From the IMG/VR virus record IMGVR_UViG_3300027782_000067: 64,000 nucleotides of DNA; one strand, written 5' to 3'. Below the pieces are notes generated by a model. It made no database searches. It had not been told where the DNA came from and saw only the letters and a list, made by a program, of their open reading frames with translations. Origin of the DNA: an uncultured virus (IMG/VR IMGVR_UViG_3300027782_000067). Its lineage: Duplodnaviria > Heunggongvirae > Uroviricota > Caudoviricetes. The translations under genes and the position numbers were made by a program. Positions 57,780-64,000 of this stretch are shown here, in pieces. Numbering within the stretch: the stretch's first letter is position 1; every line of letters begins with the position of its first letter.

Positions 57780-58789
57780 TTAATATTATTTTTTAATTTG
57801 TTTATATATCCTTCAAGTAATACAATCTTTCTTCTAATACCAATATTATCCATATCAGATAACATTTTCAAGTAATCGTTTAGTTCATCAAGTTGTGTTT
57901 GTGGCTCAACTTCCTTTTGAATCTCTAAGTCAGGAAATGTGTTTTTAATTGCGTTCTGTTGTCTGATTGGCATATCACCATCTGATAATTGGGGATCATC
58001 CCACGATGTGTCTCTTTCCATAGTGTTTTCTTTTATAAAGTTTTCTATCTCTTCTGTTGTTGCGGTAGCAATACCACCATTATTGGTAAATATTCTTATA
58101 AATTCGTCTTTTAGGTGTCTTGGTATTGGTTTACTTTTTAATGTTAAACTAAGTTGATTTGGTGTTTGATCTAGTGTTTTTTCCATATAATACGCCATAT
58201 AACTATCAGAATCCATAGGTGTTCCTGTTAAATATGGTGGTTCTTTTCTATCAACACTTTTAGTTTTAAAAACACCTCTTACCATAATACCTCTCTCACC
58301 TTTTACTTTATATTCTTCAGGATTGTCCAATACGTCATCTAATAACTTATGAATATCATTTCTCAATGTTAATTCATTATTAGCTCCTGATACATCTTGA
58401 GCCATTTCAGGTGACCAAGTTAATACAATTTTTTTTCTTGGTTCAAATGTCATTGGATCATATAATGCTGGAGTAATTAATGCACCATTTTTAACCGGTG
58501 TATGTAATGAGTTTGGATCAAACATTTCAGGAGTAAAACTTAAATTATATAAGAAAACTTTCCCATCAAATTTTGTATTATCACCAAGTTTCATTGTTTG
58601 TGCGGAATATGTTTTTCCCTCAATTTCTTGTACCGGTATATCCATAAATTCAATTCCCTCACATTCAGAAAATTCATCACATTTTAATAGTTCTTCTTTT
58701 AGTGGTTCTAAGTCCTTTTTTAAAAATTGATCGTTTGGATAAGACAGATTTTCACCAAATGTGTTAGTTAGTAATTCTTTTAGTTTCAT
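57776..58789 (-). CDS. hypothetical protein
   Basis: 337-aa ORF. Confidence 0.65.
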   Translation of the reverse strand: MKLKELLTNTFGENLSYPNDQFLKKDLEPLKEELLKCDEFSECEGIEFMDIPVQEIEGKTYSAQTMKLGDNTKFDGKVFLYNLSFTPEMFDPNSLHTPVKNGALITPALYDPMTFEPRKKIVLTWSPEMAQDVSGANNELTLRNDIHKLLDDVLDNPEEYKVKGERGIMVRGVFKTKSVDRKEPPYLTGTPMDSDSYMAYYMEKTLDQTPNQLSLTLKSKPIPRHLKDEFIRIFTNNGGIATATTEEIENFIKENTMERDTSWDDPQLSDGDMPIRQQNAIKNTFPDLEIQKEVEPQTQLDELNDYLKMLSDMDNIGIRRKIVLLEGYINKLKNNIK

Positions 58790-59024
58790 ATTTTAATCCC
58801 CATTTTTCACTTATCTCAGTGAATTTATCGTTTATTGTTTCTTCTTTAATTCCATTTAAAGATGAGAAATCTTTTTCAAATTGTAAACCGTGTTCTCGGT
58901 TTGCATCCATAATTTTTTGTCCAAGAATAGAAAGTTCATTTGAAGTATAAAATTCTGTTCCGTGATCAATGATTTTTAGTTCCACAAGAACTTTTTTGTC
59001 AAAGGTTTTTATTTGGTGTATCAT
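58764..59024 (-). CDS. hypothetical protein
   Basis: 86-aa ORF in operon. Confidence 0.55.
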   Translation of the reverse strand: MIHQIKTFDKKVLVELKIIDHGTEFYTSNELSILGQKIMDANREHGLQFEKDFSSLNGIKEETINDKFTEISEKWGLKYETKRITN

Positions 59025-59026
59025 AA

Positions 59027-60304
59027 TTAATTTGATAACGGTGCTTTAATTGGTGGGTGTGATTGATAGTTACCTAATTGAATGTCATCTTCTAATAAAC
59101 ATTTACAAAAATTATCATCTTTAAATGATTCAAATACCTTAACGGCATCTATAGATCCTACACCGCACTCACCTGATTCAGTTGGCCAGAACTCAGTGTT
59201 GATGTTTAGGATTGGTAGTGTATATGGTTCTCTTGTTCGGGTTGGTACATTCCATTGATCAATTTCAGAATGTGATAATGTGCTACTGTCTCCACCATTA
59301 TAGATTTGATTAAACATTTCTTGAGTAACCATTTCTCTTCTTTCATCTAAATCTAATTTTTGACCAATTTGTTCTTTCGTTTGTTCAATATGATTCAAAT
59401 ACAAATGTGTATCACCCAAGTTGCCAATCAATTCATCAGGAATCATATTAACTGCCTTAGCAATTATTTCCAATAACAGGCCGTAAGATGCAATGTTGAA
59501 TGGTAGACCTAAGAATGTATCTACTGAACGTTGATTCCACATTAGGGAGATTGCTCTGGTTGGTATTGTATCTTTGTATTTTTCATAGTCCATACCACCA
59601 TCCCCATATTTTTCAATATACAAATCGACTCTTTCATCTAAACTCAACTCTCTTGTATAAACTTGAAATCCATAATGACAAGGTGGAAGCATCATTTGAT
59701 CCAATTCTCCAACATTCCAAGCATTAACCATTAAACGTCTTGAGTCTGGGTTTGTTTTAAGGTCGTTGATTAGGTTCGCAATTTGGTCATTCTTAGGGAC
59801 TTCTTTATAATGGGTTACAGAACCATGATTCCAACCAGAAGGGACTTTTTTATAACCACCCCAATTTCTCCATTGCTTACCATAAATTGGACCTAACTCA
59901 CCCCACTTCTTAGCAAACTCATCATCTGTTTTGATTTCGTTGATGAATTCTTCCTGAGTCATCTTTCTCACTTCAATGTTACTACCTTCATATTGAAATG
60001 TTTTTTCAACCTCAGGGTAAATTTTACAATAGTTCTTATAAGCATCACCATCCCAAATATGACAATTGTTATCAACAAGGAATTTAATGTTTGTATCACC
60101 ACGTAGGAACCATAGTAATTCAGTCACCATAGTTTTCCAAGCCATCTTCTTGGTTGTGAGTAATGGAAACCCATCACTCATTTTATGACGGATCTGTCTA
60201 CCAAAAACACTAATTGTGCCGGTCTTTGTACGATCCATTTTACGGGTACCATTATCTAAAATGTCCTGTAATAAATCTGTGTATTGCCTATCTAAATTAT
60301 TCAT
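59027..60304 (-). CDS. thyA: thymidylate synthase with insertions
   Basis: DRTKTGT, ELLWFLRG, YGKQWR, SRR, LPPCH, QRSVD, PFNIASY, HLYLNH. Confidence 0.95.
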   Translation of the reverse strand: MNNLDRQYTDLLQDILDNGTRKMDRTKTGTISVFGRQIRHKMSDGFPLLTTKKMAWKTMVTELLWFLRGDTNIKFLVDNNCHIWDGDAYKNYCKIYPEVEKTFQYEGSNIEVRKMTQEEFINEIKTDDEFAKKWGELGPIYGKQWRNWGGYKKVPSGWNHGSVTHYKEVPKNDQIANLINDLKTNPDSRRLMVNAWNVGELDQMMLPPCHYGFQVYTRELSLDERVDLYIEKYGDGGMDYEKYKDTIPTRAISLMWNQRSVDTFLGLPFNIASYGLLLEIIAKAVNMIPDELIGNLGDTHLYLNHIEQTKEQIGQKLDLDERREMVTQEMFNQIYNGGDSSTLSHSEIDQWNVPTRTREPYTLPILNINTEFWPTESGECGVGSIDAVKVFESFKDDNFCKCLLEDDIQLGNYQSHPPIKAPLSN

Positions 60305-60510
60305 CTTTGTTTAGTAATTTACGACCTTCTTCCCATATTGGTGATCCGTACATATAAGGATGTTCAATAACATCTTCAAGAAATTCCTCAAGTTCTTTTA
60401 TTCTATTATCCTTTTCTTCTTCCGTCATCTTTTAAAATATGATTTAATTTTCATCCAAACTATTTCGGGATAATTCCGTAACCACCAAAAAAATATATAA
60501 AATTTTCTCA

Positions 60511-60789
60511 TCAGTCAATCATTTTATAAGTTGTTGATTTAACTTTATTGTTTTCGTCAATTTGGTATCTATTCTTATATCCTTCAATTACTTTTAGAGC
60601 ATCTTCTTCATTACCATACCTCACAGTAATTGTTTTTGATATTCCAAATGCCTCTCCAATCTTATGGATATTATACCAAACAAGTTCTTGTGTTTGTTTG
60701 AATAATCTTTTTTTGATTTCTAATTTACAAGCTTGTGGTATGTAACCCTTCTCTCCGTTATTTTTTTCTTCAATTTTAATTCTGTACAT
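60511..60789 (-). CDS. hypothetical protein
   Basis: 92-aa ORF in operon. Confidence 0.55.
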   Translation of the reverse strand: MYRIKIEEKNNGEKGYIPQACKLEIKKRLFKQTQELVWYNIHKIGEAFGISKTITVRYGNEEDALKVIEGYKNRYQIDENNKVKSTTYKMID

Positions 60790-60798
60790 ATTAGTTAT

Positions 60799-61008
60799 TT
60801 AAATATAATTTTTTAAAAAATAATTTGTTTTTCCAACAGGAACTCTTAAAACCGAAATAAGTTTTGAGGTACCATTTAATAGTACCATAACACTATATAG
60901 TTTATCTGTGTATTCAACACTATGAACATTTTCAATGGTATATACAAATGCCGATTCATTTGATAAAAATACCTTTTTTTCATTTTTGTCGTAAGTAAGT
61001 GTTTGCAT
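60799..61008 (-). CDS. hypothetical protein
   Basis: 69-aa ORF in operon. Confidence 0.55.
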   Translation of the reverse strand: MQTLTYDKNEKKVFLSNESAFVYTIENVHSVEYTDKLYSVMVLLNGTSKLISVLRVPVGKTNYFLKNYI

Positions 61009-61011
61009 AAC

Positions 61012-61347
61012 TTATTGTTTTTCAATATTAATTTCTTTTTTAATCTTTGGTTTACGTCCTCGTTTTTTTGGTTTTTTTGATGTAAATTTTTCTTGAAACT
61101 TTTTATCTTTTTCAATGATTTCAATAAATTCTTCCAATGTAAATTCTCTTACTTTATGTTCGTTTGGGTCGTCCATCAAATAATCATAATCTGGTTCTTC
61201 CAATGTTTTACAAAACTCAAGATATCTTTCATAAGATTTTTTAAGTTTTTCATAATCTGTATCGTCTTCAATAACAATCTTTATTGTTTCAGGGAATAAC
61301 ATATTCATTCCAATTCCTAAATTCACTTCAATTTTTTTCATTTCCAT
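61012..61347 (-). CDS. hypothetical protein with basic AT-hook-like tail
   Basis: KKRGRKPK. Confidence 0.55.
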   Translation of the reverse strand: MEMKKIEVNLGIGMNMLFPETIKIVIEDDTDYEKLKKSYERYLEFCKTLEEPDYDYLMDDPNEHKVREFTLEEFIEIIEKDKKFQEKFTSKKPKKRGRKPKIKKEINIEKQ

Positions 61348-61448
61348 ATTTTTTTCTTAAGTATTCTGCCCACGCAGCTTGTTTCCTACCATTAACGAAG
61401 AACCACCCAAAGTCCATCTCAAACCATTTTACAATTTTTCCCATAATA

Positions 61449-62651
61449 TTATTTATTTTTTAAATCAAATTTTATTTCTTCTGTCAGTACATTTGTTTTT
61501 GACCCCATAACTTCTTCCGACATTTCATATTTAACATCGTCAGAATAATCTTTTAGTAATTCTTCAGATGTTAATGTACCGTACTTACCTTCAAAACCAT
61601 TAACATCAATCTTTACATTAATATTTTTATACATTCTTTCCCAATATTGTGTTCCATTCAATGAGATTGAAATTTCATTAATAATCTTATATGGGTCCGC
61701 ATTTGATCCTGGTCTTCTATCTTCCAAATAACCTTTCCAATTATCTGCGGTTGTTTTTGGGACTCTGATTGATGATCCTCTATCCGATACACCCCAACTA
61801 AATTTATCAATTGATTGTGTCTCAAAATTTCCGGTTAATCTTAAATTATTATCGGAACCATATGATTCAATATGTTCTTTATGTCTATTTTCAAATGATG
61901 TGAATATTGATTTGAAGTATTCTTCCTTGCCATCATTTCTCATTTTGTCGTTTGAAAAGTTAGTATGTAAACCAGATCCGTTCCATTCTCCGTATTTAAG
62001 TGGTTTTGGATGTAGATTAACCCCATAATTATATTTTTCGGAAATTTTATATAAAAAGTACCTGGTCATCCACAAATCATCACCCGCCTTTAATTTACCT
62101 TTTGAAAATACTTGGTATTCCCATTGACCTAATGCAACCTCAGCGTTGATCCCTGTAATATCAATTCCGTATTTTAAACACATATCCATATGTTCTTCAA
62201 CAAAATCTCTTCCTGCAACATATTCACCTACACCACAATAATATTTACCTTGTGGTTCCAAGTTGTTTTCATCGTGACCTAAAATACATTTATTTTTTAT
62301 ATCCTGTATAAAATATTCTTGTTCAAACCCAAACCATAAATCTTCTTGTTCTTCAATTAGTTTTGATCTTGTATTAGTTTTGTGTGGAGTACCATCAGAA
62401 TTCATTACTTCACACAACACGTAAATTGTGTTTGTATGATTGTAAAAATAATGTCTAACAGGTATTAAAATACAATCAGAACTACCTGTCTGAGCTTGTT
62501 TTGTTGATGACCCATCAAAGTTCCATTTTGGAAAATTACCTAAAACCAAACAATTTCTAATTTCTTCGTATTCAACAATTTTAATTTTACTTCTCAAATT
62601 TGGTTCTGGTGTATACCCATCTAACCAAACATATTCTAATTTACACTTCAT
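61449..62651 (-). CDS. glnII: glutamine synthetase type II
   Basis: LEYVWLDG, WNFDGSST, FGFEQEY, PQGKYYCGVG, GINAEV..GQWEYQ, WNGSGLHTNFS, YLEDRRP. Confidence 0.93.
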   Translation of the reverse strand: MKCKLEYVWLDGYTPEPNLRSKIKIVEYEEIRNCLVLGNFPKWNFDGSSTKQAQTGSSDCILIPVRHYFYNHTNTIYVLCEVMNSDGTPHKTNTRSKLIEEQEDLWFGFEQEYFIQDIKNKCILGHDENNLEPQGKYYCGVGEYVAGRDFVEEHMDMCLKYGIDITGINAEVALGQWEYQVFSKGKLKAGDDLWMTRYFLYKISEKYNYGVNLHPKPLKYGEWNGSGLHTNFSNDKMRNDGKEEYFKSIFTSFENRHKEHIESYGSDNNLRLTGNFETQSIDKFSWGVSDRGSSIRVPKTTADNWKGYLEDRRPGSNADPYKIINEISISLNGTQYWERMYKNINVKIDVNGFEGKYGTLTSEELLKDYSDDVKYEMSEEVMGSKTNVLTEEIKFDLKNK

Positions 62652-62830
62652 TTATTCTCGTTTATATATTTTATTATTTCCTCTTTTGTTTTTCCCTCAT
62701 TAAATATTTTGTAGACATTATGTGAAAATTCATCTGTACTGATAACCGCATCAGCATCCAAATAGGTCATAATATTGTCAACGTTTAACAATATTCCTTC
62801 TTTTCTTAAAAATCTTTTATTAAAACCCAT
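62648..62830 (-). CDS. small hypothetical protein
   Basis: MGFNKRFL; ATGA overlap with the GS gene. Confidence 0.55.
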   Translation of the reverse strand: MGFNKRFLRKEGILLNVDNIMTYLDADAVISTDEFSHNVYKIFNEGKTKEEIIKYINENK

Positions 62831-62866
62831 TTGTTAAAAAATAAGAATAATTTATATTAAATTCAA

Positions 62867-64000
62867 TTATTTTAAAAATATTTTTTTAGATTGTTTTTGT
62901 CTGTGGAATTTAATGGCAAATCTGTGTACTTCTTCTTGTATTTTACCAAAAAGTGTAAAGTTCTTATAATCCTTTATGTTAAATTCCGTACCGTCTATCT
63001 TATGAATAACTGAAGACTTATGGTTAGAGTCCTTAGATATTGAAATTAAATCTATCTTATCAGTTAAATTAAGTTTTTCAAACACTCTTTTTGCAACACC
63101 TAATTGTCCTTTACCCCCATCAATTAAAATAAGATCAGGTAGTTTTTGTTTTTCATCAATAAGTCTTTTTAGTCTTCTTTGTAAGATCTCATCAAAAGAT
63201 GCGTAGTCATCAATACCAACAAAACTTTTAATATTGTATTTACGATACTCAGATTTTAATGGAACACCATCATCAAACCTAACCGAAGCCGCAACATTAG
63301 AATCTCCTTGGTTATGTGAATTATCAAAAGCCTCAATAACCTGCGGTATATTTTTCAGATTTAAAATATCCTTTATTTCAAAGATATTTTTTTTGCGTTT
63401 CTGAATTCTTATTACCTCTAACTTATTATCAATTGTTTCCAATACTGTAAGTTTCGATAATATAGTCTGAGCTTTTTCATATTCCGTATTATTTGAATAA
63501 TGTTTCATTAATTTTTTTATCTTTGACTTTAATCCATCCAAATCAAGAGAAAGAACTTTTTTAACGTCACGAACTATTTCATTATAGTAAAACTTTTTAA
63601 TACCATTTACGCAAGGGGCATTACATCTACCAAGATGAAATTCTAAACAATTTTTAAATTTTTCTTTTAGAATATTTTCTTCTGTAAGATCGTAAGAACA
63701 ACTACGAAGTTCAAAGATATCATGAATAAGATCATATACTTCACGACACAACATTCCTGAAGTAAAATCAAGACTTACTCTATCGTCTTGTTTATCTCTT
63801 ACTATTTCAAGTTTAGGAAATTCTTCGTCCGTAAAACATAAGGACCATTTTCTAGTCTTATCATCTTTACCCTTGATATTAAACTTTGGTTTGTATAGTT
63901 TAATTAATTCTTCTTCAAGGATTATTGCCTCTTGTTCTGATGAGGTAATTTTAAACTCAACATCGTGAATGTTCTCAACGAGGGTTTTTGTTTTACCAGT
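62867..64000 (-). CDS. uvrC: UvrC-like excinuclease, 5' end beyond the window, lacking the C-terminal HhH domain
   Basis: frame open to 64000 (EAIILEEELIKLYKPKFN); CLEFHLGRCNAPC; EAFDNSH, DDYAS, PDLILIDGGKGQ, EEVHRFAI. Confidence 0.9.
   Translation of the reverse strand, partial: TGKTKTLVENIHDVEFKITSSEQEAIILEEELIKLYKPKFNIKGKDDKTRKWSLCFTDEEFPKLEIVRDKQDDRVSLDFTSGMLCREVYDLIHDIFELRSCSYDLTEENILKEKFKNCLEFHLGRCNAPCVNGIKKFYYNEIVRDVKKVLSLDLDGLKSKIKKLMKHYSNNTEYEKAQTILSKLTVLETIDNKLEVIRIQKRKKNIFEIKDILNLKNIPQVIEAFDNSHNQGDSNVAASVRFDDGVPLKSEYRKYNIKSFVGIDDYASFDEILQRRLKRLIDEKQKLPDLILIDGGKGQLGVAKRVFEKLNLTDKIDLISISKDSNHKSSVIHKIDGTEFNIKDYKNFTLFGKIQEEVHRFAIKFHRQKQSKKIFLK

Overview
AT-rich, densely coded segment, almost all on the minus strand, that reads as part of a huge (jumbo) phage genome in the standard genetic code. 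The host is most likely Bacteroidota, inferred from repeated TTTG-N19/20-TAnnTTTG promoters, A-rich translation starts without obvious Shine-Dalgarno motifs, and a Cas13b-like CRISPR repeat. Recognisable genes: SlyD-type PPIase, serine recombinase, HNH nuclease, TnpB, nitroreductase, ParB-like protein, PlcP/LpxH-like phosphoesterase, GT2 glycosyltransferase, SGNH hydrolase, metallophosphoesterase, ThyA, glutamine synthetase II and a UvrC-like gene running off the window. Two stand-out systems. (1) A catalytically intact 383-aa TnpB with no TnpA or cas genes nearby, followed by an omegaRNA-like structured segment that runs directly into a 7-repeat CRISPR array (36-nt repeats, 30-nt spacers) whose repeat resembles type VI-B repeats. 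(2) Roughly 50 otherwise unrelated proteins share a few short N-terminal leaders ending in (I/L)-x-E. The leaders recur as internal linkers in multidomain proteins, and most of these genes or their operons sit behind a TATTTAT motif; this suggests capsid-targeted, protease-matured cargo. Also present: two aberrant tRNA-like RNAs, a recombinase bounded by a perfect 26-bp direct repeat, a G-rich tract and an iteron-like non-coding region. All family assignments come from motif recognition by eye; no searches were run.
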